A DNA stretch of 64,000 nt from Cyanophora paradoxa CCMP329. Its lineage: Eukaryota > Plantae > Glaucophyta. The position numbers and the translations under genes were made by a program. The notes beneath the pieces were generated by a model. The model ran no database searches. It saw nothing but the letters and a program-made list of their open reading frames with translations, and was not told the origin of the DNA. The first letter of the stretch is position 1. Each line of letters begins with the position of its first letter. The stretch is from contig QPMI01000106.1 in the NCBI GenBank assembly GCA_004431415.1, forward strand, positions 62,001-126,000. Direction: 5' to 3'. Below, piece by piece: positions 37,201 through 49,149 of this stretch.

Positions 37201-39458
37201 ACGCCGCCATCGAGGACGCCCGCCGGTAAGCCTCTACTAAGCTGACTCGAGCTTCTGAGCTTAAGACTCCAGCTTCTCTTCCTGAGCTTAAGAATCTAGC
37301 TTCTTGAACGCAATACTTAATTTCAAGCTCTTTCGACTCGAGAGTTGATCGAGCTTCAAAAACAAAAGCTCACGAATCCTGGGGCGGGCCAGGCTGGGCG
37401 GGGGGTACGAGAGCCCCGACGAGGCGGAGGAGTTCCTCGTAGCCCTCCCGCAGCGCCCGCCGCGGGCGCAGCCGCCGCCGCCGGCCCGCCTCGCCGCGCC
37501 CGCCGAGTCGCTCCTCCTCAAGCGCGGAGGCTTCTCAGGTGAGCGCCCCCCCCCCCTCCCCATCCGCCTCGCTCTGAGCTCCTCGCCCGCCCGCTCCGAA
37601 GACGGGGGGGAGGAGGGACCGGCCTCGAAGCGGGCGCGCCCGGGCGACGACGAGGGCCGTCCCCCCCCCCTCCCCCGGGCCCCCGAGGACGGTCCGTCCG
37701 CCCCCTCCCTCCGCTCTGAGTCCGAGTCAGAGTCAGTCTGAGTCTGAGTCAGATCGGAAGCGCAAGTCGCCGGACGACCACGGGGGTACGCGCTCCGCCC
37801 CGCCTCCGCCCCGCCCCCGCCCCCGCCCCCGCCCCCGCCTCCGCGGCCGACTCCGCTCCGCCGGGCAGACGAGAAGCGGCCCCGCGGGGCTCCGGAGGGC
37901 GCCCGCGCCGTCTGCCGCTCGTTCCTGGCCGGCAGCGGCTGCCGCATGGTCCGCGCGCGCCGCCCTCGCCCGCCCCGCGTCCGCCTGAGCCGCCCGCCAG
38001 GGCGAGGCGTGCCCCGAAGCGCACGAGCGGCCGACGCCGGCGCGGCGCGACGTGTGCCGCTTCTACTCCTCGGAGCGCGGCTGCAGCAAGGGCCCCTTCT
38101 GCGATTTCGTCCACGAGGCGCGAAACTTCACGAAACTTCACGAAACTTCGCTGTTCTGAGAAGCGTAGCCGCAGATCAAGCGGCCGGCGTGCATGTACTA
38201 CCACTGGACGGGTACCTGCAGCAAGGGGCAGCGCTGCAACTTCTCCCACGAGATTTTGACCTCCGGTACCCCCCTCGGCCCCCCTCCCCCACCCTCTCCC
38301 GACGCCAACGACCTTTTTTTTCGCAGAGGACCGGGCGCGGTACGTGGCGCAGTGGTCGAAGGGCGTCAACGAGGGCCCGGCTCCCGGCGGGGGCCCGCCC
38401 GAGCCGCCGCGGAGCCCGCCCCGCCGGCAGCGCAGCCCGCCGCGGAGGCAGCGCAGCTCGCCGCGCCGCCGCAGGGGCGGCAAGAGCCCCCGCGCCAGCG
38501 CAGCCGCAGCCGCAGCCGCAGCCGCAGCCCCCGCCGCGGAGACCGCGGGCGGGAGAGGGGTGCGTGATGGATTCGCCCCGCCCCGCTTGCCCTTTTCTTA
38601 GCGGCGGCTGTGCAGGGTGGGAGCACGAGCGGGATCGGGAGCGTGAGCGCGAGCGGGGGCGGCAGGGCGGGGCGCCGTGGGAGGGCCCGGGCCCGGGCCC
38701 CTCGTCTTCTTCGGGGGCCCGGGCCCCTGGCCGCCCGGGCTCGGCGCCGGGCCCGCGGGCGCGGGGTACCCCCCGGCCCCGGCGTGGGCATGGGGCCCCC
38801 GCCTTCGGGGGTACCATGGCCAGCCGGGGGCGGGCGGCGGGTCGGTCGTGGACGCTGTGGCGCGGGCCCTCGCCGGCGGCGGCGGCCTCGGGGCGGCCCC
38901 CGCCCCGGCCCCGTACGGCGCCGCGTGGCTCCCCTCGGGTGCCCCTGCCAGCGGCGCCGCCGCCTCTCTCCTCGCCGCCCTCGCCCCGCGCAGCCGCCGG
39001 CCCCGGCGCCGGCCCCCGCGCCGCCCGCGGCGCCGGGCGGGGACGCGTCGGCCCTCCTCCGCACCCTCCTCGGCCTCGCGGGGGCCCGGCGGCCCCCGCG
39101 CCGGCGGCGGCGCCCCCGCGGCGGCCGCCTCGGGCAACGCGGCGAGCGAGCTGCTGGCGCGGCTGACGAGGGCGCAGCAGCAGCCGCAGCCGCCCTCCCA
39201 GCTCGCCGCCTTCCTCGGCGCCGCGGGGGGCGCCAGCGCCGCCGCCGCGCAGTCGCCGGCCGACGCGCTGGCGGCGGCGCTGCGGGGCGCCCCCGCCCCG
39301 CCGGCGGCGCCCAGCCGTGGGGCGCCCCGCCGCCGCATCCGCAGCAGCAGCCGCAGCCTCCGCAGCAGCAGCAGCCGCCGGCGCAGGGGCAGAGCGCGGG
39401 GGCGGCGCTGGCGGACCTGCTGCGGCGCATGGCGCAGCAGGGCGGGCCCGGGCGCTGA
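31284..39458 (+). CDS. Large protein: N-terminal HEAT/ARM repeats, RGG/acidic region and three CCCH zinc fingers (single-gene model)
   Basis: HEAT-like exons (IVKQAIMGLTHI, RRFAVRSLGWL, YVRKGVFCALSRI, FHIRQAGIRGLG, YGALQALGHL). RGG tract at about 35400-35650. CCCH motifs VCRSFLAGSGCRMGEACPEAH, VCRFYSSERGCSKGPFCDFVH and ACMYYHWTGTCSKGQRCNFSH. Splice sites can join all parts. Confidence 0.6.
33490..33745 (+). repeat. Intronic CCTT/CCTG low-complexity tract with an internal duplication (CTGCCTTAGGGTCTCCTTCCTGCC x2)
   Basis: Seen directly in the sequence. Confidence 0.7.
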
Positions 39459-39725
39459 GGGCGGGCGAGGGGAGACTCCCAGCGCCCGCTTGTTTAGATC
39501 GCTCGACAGTTTAGACTCTTCGAGCTTAATGTTAGCGAAATGTCACGTGCACGGTATCTGGTCATGGATCCCGAAGCTCAAGGTTTATCTTTGCACACAA
39601 AACGGATGCTACTCTGATGCTCAGCCTGTGATCAATTCCTTTCAACTCGAAATCAGAGACACATCGGAGAGCAATTGTTTTAATTTTGAGTTCAGCGCAA
39701 GCATAATCTTCCGATAATCTTCAAT

Positions 39726-40745
39726 TTAGAAGGCGTAGCCGAAGGCGTCGTCGTCGGCGGCGGATGCGAAGGCGTCAGCGGCGGCGAAGTCAGCCTCCAG
39801 CATGTCCAGCTCGTCGTCCAGCGCGTACACATAGTCGGACTCGCCGGCGACCGGGCCCTCGCCCTCGCCGGTGCCGTTTTCGACCGGGCCCTCGCCCTCG
39901 CCCTCGCCGATCGCGGTGGTGGCCTCAGTGGCGGCCAAGAAAGCCGCAACGGCACGCTGCGATCACGGAGCGCCATTAAATATAAGATTATCAGATGTGA
40001 CTGGTGCATATTAAATTAAAGGCGCGGGCGGGGGTCGCGATCGGTCGTCTATCTATGACTTGATCTAGTACTATGTGATTACGATGTATTTGGAGGACGG
40101 GGGGGCGCCGGGGAGCGCGACAGACCTCAAACTCGGCGCGAACGGCCGGCTGCTCCTCGGCGGGAACAGCACTGAAGGCGGCAACAACACCCGAAGCAAT
40201 CGCTTCATCCTGCGGGCCGCGTCGCCAGGTCGACATCAACACACATATCGATCGTCGGATAATTATGGCGCGCTGCATGCATGCGCACGCTCATATCACC
40301 GCTGGAAGAAATTGAGAGGTATGCATTCTCCAAGACCTGCGCGTGCGGGCACGTGCAATCAGCTGATGGCTCTAAGCCAGGCGAACTTCGGAAACCGCAT
40401 TCATCAATATCGCATGCGCATGCATACGCGAATGCAAAACGCAATTAAACGTTTACATATAGAATCGTGAGCATGCGCATCTCTCGAGATCTAGTTTGGG
40501 CGCGCGATTATGACCCTAGGCTTACGCCTGTACAGTGTACGCACCTTGATCAGGCTCGGATACTCCGCGGCCAAAGCTTCGCGGTGCTCCAGCGCCTGGC
40601 TGAAGTGCGTCTTGACATAGCCGAGGAGGGCGGCCTGCTTCTCCGGGGACGCGAGGAGCTCGAGCGACATTTCAAAGGTGCTGCAGCTGAATTCGAAGTT
40701 GCTGGAATGAACTGCGAGCCGTTCCGCCGGGCTGACTTTTAAAGA
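39726..40745 (-). CDS. 3' part of a hypothetical gene with an acidic tail; 5' part not identified (abuts nested TEs)
   Basis: Exons ..MSLELLASPEKQAALLGYVKTHFSQALEHREALAAEYPSLIK|, DEAIASGVVAAFSAVPAEEQPAVRAEFE| and ..YALDDELDMLEADFAAADAF..GYAF*. Confidence 0.45.
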
Positions 40746-40865
40746 CTTCCGATAATTAAGGGGCGCCGTGGCACGTATACGTAGTATCGATGTCACATGA
40801 TACAGAGACGAGCAGGGTGCTAGCACGGTGCTAGTAGCCAACCACTACTAGTAGCCTAGCAGGGG

Positions 40866-41938
40866 ACGTCCGACGCCGGACCGACGGTCGGCCGCCGGCG
40901 GGCGCCCGGCCCGCGGGCCGCGGGCCCGCGGCCCGCGGGCGCGGCCTCGGGCGGGAGTCGGGCCGCCGAGTCGGCGGCGTCGGGCGCCTCGCGATCGGCC
41001 CCCATTACGGTCCTCGAGCTCCTCCGAGGCTCAAAGTTTTTTCAGACGAAAAACTATTTTGCGCGATTGGGACCACCAATTGCAATCAAATGCCTGCAGG
41101 CTGCAGCCAGTGATGTTATTACTAATTAATCCCAAAAATGCACTATTACCGATAATGTTTAATGGTATTATAATAAACCTTACTAATATTATACTATATT
41201 ACCTGTAATACCTCATAGAAACCCCATTCCCGCAGCCCTGCGCTGCTTATTCTTGATGCTAATATGTCCGAAACACTCTCTTATCACGTGAAACATGCAA
41301 GATGTGACTTTAAGCTTATTGCTAACATGGTTTAAGAGGCCTTTTGAGGCGCACTACAGGGGTACCCCATCAAGCAAGGTCGAACGGGGCTGTTAAAGCC
41401 TTGAAGAGCTTCCTGGTCATCAGAACTGTCAAATTTAGCTTATATGTTGTTAAATAACGTGTAGGTACGTCGTAGAGCGCTGCTGCTCGTGAGATAAGGG
41501 GGTCTTTCCAACCTGTAATACACCTTACCGGTAACCCCGGAAAGTGGCACTATTACAATAATATTATTATAATGCATTATTATAATGTATATTACAGAAT
41601 ATTACTGGTAAGGTTAACATCACTGGCTGCAGCCTGGCAGCCTGCACAGTCTGCACTGGCCCTGCAGGCCATGCACCCGCGGGCCGCGGGCCGCGGCCCG
41701 CCAGTCCGGCGCCGGCGGCTCCGGCCGGCGGCCGAGAGGGCCCGCGACTCGGGCCGCGAGTCCGCGAGTCCGCGACGACTCGGCGACCCGCCAGGCCGGC
41801 CGGCGGCCGCCGGCCGGCGCCCGGCGGCCGCCAGGCCGTCGCCTGCCAGTACTACCGTAAAACACTTTAAGTGCAGCTGGGCGGCCTGGCCCGCCTGCAG
41901 GCTGCAGCTGGACCGTCGTCGATCTGTCCGTCGGACGT
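40866..41938. mobile_element. GC-rich TIR element hosting a nested hAT MITE
   Basis: Terminal inverted repeat ACGTCCGACG / CGTCGGACGT, plus inverted GACGGTC/GACCGTC and GAGTCGG/CGACTC subterminal motifs. Confidence 0.5.
41108..41625. mobile_element. hAT-superfamily MITE (518 bp)
   Basis: Perfect 11-bp TIR CAGTGATGTTA/TAACATCACTG. 8-bp TSD GCTGCAGC at 41100-41107 and 41626-41633. TATTAC subterminal repeats and an AT-rich interior. Confidence 0.85.
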
Positions 41939-43343
41939 AGCGTATAGCTAAGTCTACTGGCCCAGTACTGGGTACCGCCCGGCCGGCGCCTGGCTCGCTG
42001 GAATACCGTAGTACTAGTAGTCTATAGTACTAGTCTACCCGCCTGAAAATTAAATTAGTAGTCTAATTATTGAATATATATAGTGTCTTTCCTTTTTTAT
42101 TGTCGATTTTGGCTCTTTGTCTTATCTTTCTTCGTGCTCTTGTCTTAGTTATTTTGCTTTTTTGTCTTTATGCCCCCTGGGCAGCCCCCGCAGTGCTGGT
42201 GTCTAGAGACTGTGGCCGGTAATTCACCAAAAAAAAAATATATATAGTGGAGCCCGAATTTGTTATAACGATCGAATTAGCTATTTTGGGCCGGGGACGT
42301 CGACTCCATGGCCAGTACTTCGATTCCCTGCTAGCGCTGTGATTTCCTGCGAAGTGGCCTCGAGCTCGTGCGTACAGCTATAGTAACCGTAACCCACATA
42401 TGCATGTACATAATTACCGCCCCAAGCGCCGGCCTAAAAAGTCCGGGCTCCGGAGGGCCAATTTTTACAATCCTCTAATTTCCGATCCAGTGCACGGTAA
42501 TGGGTACACTCGGTAGCACTGGGTTACGTTACTTACGTACTACGGTACTACGGTACCGCCGTACCGGCCGCCGGCCGGCGGCGCCGGCGCGGCTACTACC
42601 GTAGTACGCCGGCTCAGCGGCTTGTCCGAATTCGAAGGCTCCGTAGCTCCGAATTACAGTATAGCTAGGCCCGGCTACGACGCTAGCTATAGCCCGGCCT
42701 AGCCGTGCCTACTAGTAGCCTGGACATGTGCTGCGATGATGTGCAGTGTGAGCTCGAGCCTGCAGCTGCAGCCTGCATGCCGCGCGCAGTGCGCAGGCTC
42801 TGCCAGGCTCAGATGATCAGCCGCCACTGTGGCACATCGTCATCAGTCAGTGAGTGATCGTCGCCGATCGCGAGTCGCTTCAGACGCCTTGCGTATACCG
42901 TAAGCGAGCCTCAATAGGTGCGCATGCGCTTCAAACGCGTACGCTCCGGGCTCCTTAACTTCGCACTGCGGTAAATTAAACATGGTCCGACGGTCTTCGC
43001 ATGCGCTAAATATATAGTGAAACGCTTCAAGCTCGAGCTTGGTCCATTGCCGCAGTGCCAAGTTGCGCCTTCAAAGTACTAGTTAACCATGCATACGCAT
43101 GCGATCGTTACATATATTATTAGCTATAATTGGCCTTGCATATGTGAAGATGTAGACGTCGACCTTGCAGCTGGCTATCTACGACGAGCTACAGGGCTAG
43201 GCTCTATATATGCATGCGCACTGCACATATCCGCAGGCATATGCTCTGTACCAGTTTTGAATCCGGTGCTCTAGTGCTCTGTGCTTACCGTGAGAGGCTT
43301 TGGCTGCAGTTCGGGATTCGTTCACTGAGTCAAGACGTTTCAA

Positions 43344-45595
43344 ATGAGCACCTCTACAACTACGTACACATTCGAGTGCTATGATGGAAATTCCAGCAAT
43401 GGCACGGCTTTTTACAACGGGACTGGGACGCTCCTTGGGACAGTAACGCCAAATACGAGCCAGCAGCCTCAGTTCGCGGCCCAAGAGTGCGTTAACGTTC
43501 GGCGAATAGACGCGAGTTCAAATCGATGCGCATGCGCATGTGCATGTGAGTATTTGGCTGACAATGGGTCGCGTCTTTTGTGCAGCGAATGCTGGGGAAT
43601 GGGAGGTAAATGGCGTCGAAATTTGAGACGATTTCGAACACGCGGCATCTAGAACCGCGTGTTCTGATCGTGGGCCGCGACGTCCGCAGGCGAGGTGCTG
43701 AAGCAGACGTCCAAGTCTGTTTACTCTACAGGTGCTACCAGCACAGGGGTCAGCTGGCTGAACAAGCCGATCGTCACCTGCTTCGACTACTATGGGTTCG
43801 CAATCGGATGCTAACGTTGACTGTACTCTAGATCTCGATTCAGCAACGCATATCATAGTATGCTGACATTTCCATGGTCAGATGTGGCTCAGAGGTCTGG
43901 AACGGCAAGACCGCTGTGCAGCTCGGCACGTCGGTCGACACCATGACGTTCGCACACTCGAGCTCGAGCTCGAGAGATGCTCATTTCAAACAAATTATCA
44001 GATTGATATTGCTGCGCGCCGCATGCGCAGAAAGTGCACCCAGGATTCGGAAGGCTACTCCATGCTGGTCCAGCAGTGGAACACTCAGACGAATGCGTTC
44101 CACACGACTCCGTATTGCCAGAGCCTTTTCAATAAGGTGCGGTTTTGTATAATCTTTAATTGAGCGAGAATTTTTATAAAATCTGATCGAGCGTCTAAAA
44201 AACTTATACGTAATATACGATGTAATGCTGCTATTTCGCAGGGCCCATGCTACAGTGATTACCGCGCTGGCGGAACGAACTTGGGCGTCATCGGGACTTC
44301 CGCTGCGTGCGCCGTTAATTTCGAGCTAGAGACATGATTACGTATACATAAATTACTCCGAACAATTCTGATCATACGCATGCATATGTGTTTGAGCGTG
44401 TACGTGCTCTCGATCGAGCTCACGATCGGTCCACTCAATTATAATAGAGCCCATGGCCATGCACGATCATCTCGAATGCTGATCATGTTCTGAGGGTAAC
44501 CGCATGCGCAGGGACTGCTGGGCAAAGGGGGGCAAGTCTATCGTCTATCAAAACAGAAATTCGACGTCGACAACGAAGACTACCATCGAGAATGTTGTGA
44601 ACAAGAGCGATAACTTGTGCTTTGCTGATTTCAACGGCACGGTGCGAAATGCAATTCTCGGATTTACCGAAATGACGAGCGTTTCGAGTTTGGTTTCTAT
44701 CGCAGGGTGCCTCTCTCGGAGCTTTCGAGAGCCCTCAGTGCGTCAAAATATTGATAGATTTGTTTCCATGACGTGCAGATTCGAATTCATTTCGTCCTCC
44801 GCAGAGCTTGCACTGCAAGCAAAGTTGCGAAGTCGACCACAGCCGTGATTGGGGCCGAGGGGTGCTCGTACAAGCTGAATGTCGACGGGAGCATTGTTAA
44901 CAACTCGTACGAGTGTGGCACTTGCTACACGGACTCCACGTGCGCGCCGCGGCGAACGACTATATCTGATATACGTGCAGAGAGAGATCGTCTCTCATTT
45001 AATTTCGTGTTCGGTCGCGGCAGGTGTGCGACCGCAATGAGCGGCACATATCACCGCTCGTGCGCACACGTGCTTTAATTTCTGCGCGGCTCAAGAGGAG
45101 TCGAACGAACCCTTGTTTCGTTCGCATTATTGCGCAGGGCATGCTTTGGGCTCAGCACTGCAAAGGCGTTCAAGAATGCCGCAGCGGGCGCAACTTGCAC
45201 TCTGAAACCAGCGGCGCGTCTGGACAACGAGGATCAGTCCGCCAGTGAAAAACTCGAAGCTGATCTCGAGGTGCGTGAAGCTTTCTGAAACGGCCTTCAA
45301 TCAGCTGGAATACATAGCGTAAAGCTTTCTGAAACAAGCTTTCTGATCTCGAGAATGCCGGCCGCAGCTGGACTATGACGTGGAGCTGGCCATGGATGCC
45401 TTCGAGGCGGACTTCTCCACAGATGCCGGGCTGGCTGCCGTGCGCGCGCTCCGGCCCCTCTGGCCAAAAGATAGCGCTTCTCTTTTAAACTCCTTCATTT
45501 CAACACAACGTTCACTCGCGGCCTCCGTATGTTCACAAATTCGCATACATTCGCAGGTGGAGGTTGGGCATGCTGACTTCAACGGCGCGGAATGA
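43344..45595 (+). CDS. Cys/Thr/Asn-rich, probably extracellular protein, multi-exon (5' end uncertain)
   Basis: Exons TYTFECYDGNSSNGTAFYNGTG, ECWGMGGK, KCTQDSEGYSMLVQQW, DCWAKGGKSIVY, GCSYKLNVDG..YECGTCYTDST and acidic tail ..VEVGHADFNGAE*. Many N-x-S/T sequons. Confidence 0.55.
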
Positions 45596-46389
45596 ATCAA
45601 TCGGATATCGCGCCGTAAATTGGCCCGTAATCATACCAACCAACGTTAACGATTGTTTTGCAGACCGCTCATACCGTAGTACTCTAGATCTGAGGTCTAT
45701 ATATATAGCTAGCAATATTAATACAAAGCCTTGCTGCAGCTGTACGTACTGTCTGCCGCAGACTTAGCGACGGTCGAGCTAATTATATAATTATGTAAAT
45801 GCGAGTGCTGAAAATGACAGTAGGAGTGATCGATATATATATAATGCCGCTGAAAGTGACACAAGCGGGGCTAACGCTCGCGATCGCGATCGGGGCAACT
45901 TTAACGTAATCATGATCACCAAACTCAAGGCAGGCTGGGACCGCGGGTATCTTACATGATTGAAGTTAATAGTTATCCGATGGTCGTCTCATTAAAAAAA
46001 CATTGAATAAATGTCGAGCTCGGTCGTTGTTCCGAGTTTATACTATGATAAAGGGAATAATATGAAAGATCTAGTGTTTTTGGATTCTGTCACAGTGTCT
46101 AATTCTAGATCTAGAATGCTATAGCTACGAGCCCGGCGGCCCCGGCCTGCGCATGCTATAAAGTATGCATGTGGCCCTGATATCGATCGCGATAAGCATC
46201 AAGTCTCATACGCTATATGATCGATAACTAGTAATGTACGTATACAAGCACCGGATCCCATATGCATTGATCCAAGATGAAAGGTAGCTCCGGATCCGCG
46301 CCGCCGGCCACATTGGCCGGCGCCAGCGCCGGCCGCGTGCGCGGCGCCCGCGCTAGCGCTGCATGCATGCGCATTGCGCACTGCGGCAC

Positions 46390-46614
46390 TACTGTAGGAT
46401 CCGGAGGCGTAAAATTGCCGCGTTCTTAAATTGCCGAAGTCGCCAAAACTCGGATTTGCCGAGTCAATAAATTGCGCATGCCGAGAGTGAGGCCCGAGAC
46501 CAGATATTCGCTCTATGGCAGCCTAAGAAAATCCCTACCCCCAGCGACATTCGGCCGGCGTGTCGGCAATTTACGGCAATTTGAAGACCCGGCAAAATTC
46601 CGCTTCCTACAGTA
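46390..46614. mobile_element. TA-flanked MITE (Tc1/mariner-like termini)
   Basis: TA|CTGTAGGA ... TCCTACAG|TA, with AATTGCCG/CGGCAATT subterminal repeats. Sibling at 21474-21687. Confidence 0.7.
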
Positions 46615-47539
46615 GTACTGCAGCATACTGAATCATTATTACCGATATCTGATCAGTGGGGGACGAAGACCGAAGGGCTTCTGCCAGCTTGCTTCCCGTT
46701 CCCTCGCTTCAGCCAAAAGTTTTCTTGGAGGCCGTTTCCGAGGGCCAGTATGCAACACGAGAAAAAAGGGGCTTATTCGCGTTCCGATTGGCTCGGTGGA
46801 CCGGTCAGCCTTCGACTTTCGAGCGTCAAAGTCAAGCTCGCGAGAGCTCTCTCGAACTCGCGAAAACTGGTTTTCGAGGGGAAAACCAACTTCGCTCTCA
46901 TGATCACTGCTCAGCGGCTCTAGATCTGGGCTCTCGCTCGCGCGGCGGTACCGGTGCGCTGCGTCACACGGCGGTTTTGCATGACAAGCACTTCTCCCTA
47001 GCTGTCTCCTCTAGATTTCGGCTTCCTCGCACTGCGCCGCGTACGCCGCACGGTGCGCATCCGCGAAGCGCGCGCTTGTGTGTCCAAGTGAGCTGGTTTC
47101 GCGGCTTCCGAAGTTCTGCACAAACTTGCAATCATCAAGCGTTATTCACAGCTTCCCACAGAATCCGGACCGGCTGTCATCTGGCGGCACGCCGGCCCGG
47201 CGCTTCTGCGTACTACGGTAAATGTAAATCATCGTTGTCGTTCCTTCGCATCGTTTGTTTCCTCTGCCAGGACCAGGACCAGGCCAGGACCCTCTTGCCA
47301 GTTGAGCCTGCCAGGGCTGTATTCCAAGTCCCGGCTGGCGTTAACGTTGCTGCATTGCAGCGCTGTTTTGCGCCAGTTCGTCTAGATCTTCGCATGCTGT
47401 TTCAATCATTGATCATGAATTGTCTTCGCTTTCTGAAATTATACTGCATGCACAGGGCGCCTCTCACAGGCTTATCGTCGCCTCTTGCCCTGGCGGTACC
47501 CTCTCGTTGATTGACATGCATCTCCCGGCCGCATTGACG

Positions 47540-47599
47540 TGCACGCTCAGCCTGGAGCATTTCAACTGCTGCACGCTCAGCCTGGAGCGTTTCAACTGC
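47540..47599. repeat. 30-bp tandem duplication TGCACGCTCAGCCTGGAGC(A/G)TTTCAACTGC
   Basis: Two adjacent copies seen directly. Confidence 0.8.
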
Positions 47600-49149
47600 C
47601 TGAGCGGAACATTGGAGCAGCGCCGGCCCGCCAAATCGGCAATCAGGTTTGCGATAGAATCAGCCCGAATAATGTGAATGAGTTCTTGCTCCAGGCTTTG
47701 CCGCCATCGCCGTCCGCAGTGATCCCCTCCAGAAGGCCTGGATCGCCTATGTTTACGGCGAGCCCTCTGCAGACAGCACCATCATCTTTTAGCCAGCTGT
47801 TCAGGGTTAGCGGTAGGCCGTGCGAAGAGAGTTGATGCGCAGCGTTGTTTGGCTCCAGAACAATCTTTGATATAGTGTGCGCTGAGTCTGGCCTTTCATT
47901 GAGTCTTTTTTTTATCGACTTGATCGCAGCGTGTGCTTATCGGGCCTTTTCTATTTTTTCAATCATAATCTGTGATTATCTTTACACTTCGACCTCCCGC
48001 GCGCACTGGGCCGGGGTCGTTCTGCCGCGCGCATGTGCGTGCCACTAGGACTCTTTCATATCGTCCGACGTCGACTGTCTCGCCAACATTATACATTTCT
48101 CGATTGATATCACGATCATGGGATCCTGTGAATTTGATCTCGAATTTCCCCTTCCGAAGTTCAACCGCAGTCCTTCACACAAATTGACCGTTCTACGTGC
48201 CATCCGCAAGCAATCAAGCTTCTGCATGTACAGAGGGCTGCCCCGCAATATTCGAATTCGATAGCGACGTTTAAGGACAATTAAAATAGTAAATGTAATC
48301 GGCATCGGCTGTCATTCGAGATGTGAAATTAAATACCGTGCCGAATATCCATGTCGCACTGACCGTACGCGTGCCCAGCTGCTGAAATGCACGGGTGCAC
48401 TGACTTCTCGAGTGAATTATTTATGTTTCCTCGAGCGAGTGCGTGGCCCCAGGGCGGCGCCGCTATATATAGCTACGGCTGGGGGTACCGGTGCGCTTGA
48501 GCTCCCCCGGGGACCCAGTGGCCGCAGCGCATCCCATAGAGCTGCTGGATCTCGGCGGCCACGCGTGCGTCCCCGCACCTGCAGCCAACGAGCGTGAGGC
48601 GCGCGCGCCAAAACGCGAATGGGGGGGGGGAAGGGGGGGGGTACGGCCCGCACCGCTGCAGGGCCGCCACGACGAGCTGCGCCACCTGCGGCGAACGAAG
48701 CGAACGTTCGCGTGCGGAGGCGCGGTCACTGATAGCTATATATAGCGCGCGGCGGAGCGCGAGCGAGGCTAGACTCCTATATATGCCGATCCCGGAGGGC
48801 GGCCCCTAAAGGCATGTCTTCAGACCTTCTTCGCTCGCGGAGGTATCGTAGGTATATATCGCGGACCTAGAACACTAAGATTCTTCACAGGACTGCTGGG
48901 GCTACTTTGATTATTCGGGCTTCGGCTTCGATCTTGCTTTAACGACGTTATTATCATAAGTAGACAGCTAACGTTGTGTTATAGCGGACCTCGTTGTCGA
49001 GGGCGTCGGCTTACGGTTTCAATCTCGTTTAGCAATATTAATGCAGTTGATCTTATAAGCAGCTAGCGTTCCATTAATTAATCTTATATAATCTTACGTT
49101 CAATTATTGCAGCTGATCTTATAAGCAGCTGGCGTTATTTATATTACAT

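Noticed and set aside
35378-37210. 610-aa antisense ORF and many similar R/A/P/G-rich ORFs throughout the window
   Set aside because: These are shadow ORFs caused by very high GC. The spliced opposite-frame models carry the recognisable motifs.
46387-46617. CACTA element (starts CACTACTGTAGG)
   Set aside because: The right end reads TAGTA rather than TAGTG, there is no matching 3-bp TSD, and the sibling ends CCTACAG|TA, so a TA-flanked element fits better. It is not used as evidence for the CACTA-footprint hypothesis.
46656-47835. 284-aa ORF, and an IQ-like AIQAFWRG on the - strand near 47720-47745
   Set aside because: No coherent spliced model or family motif, and there are stops nearby. 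At most a decayed gene.
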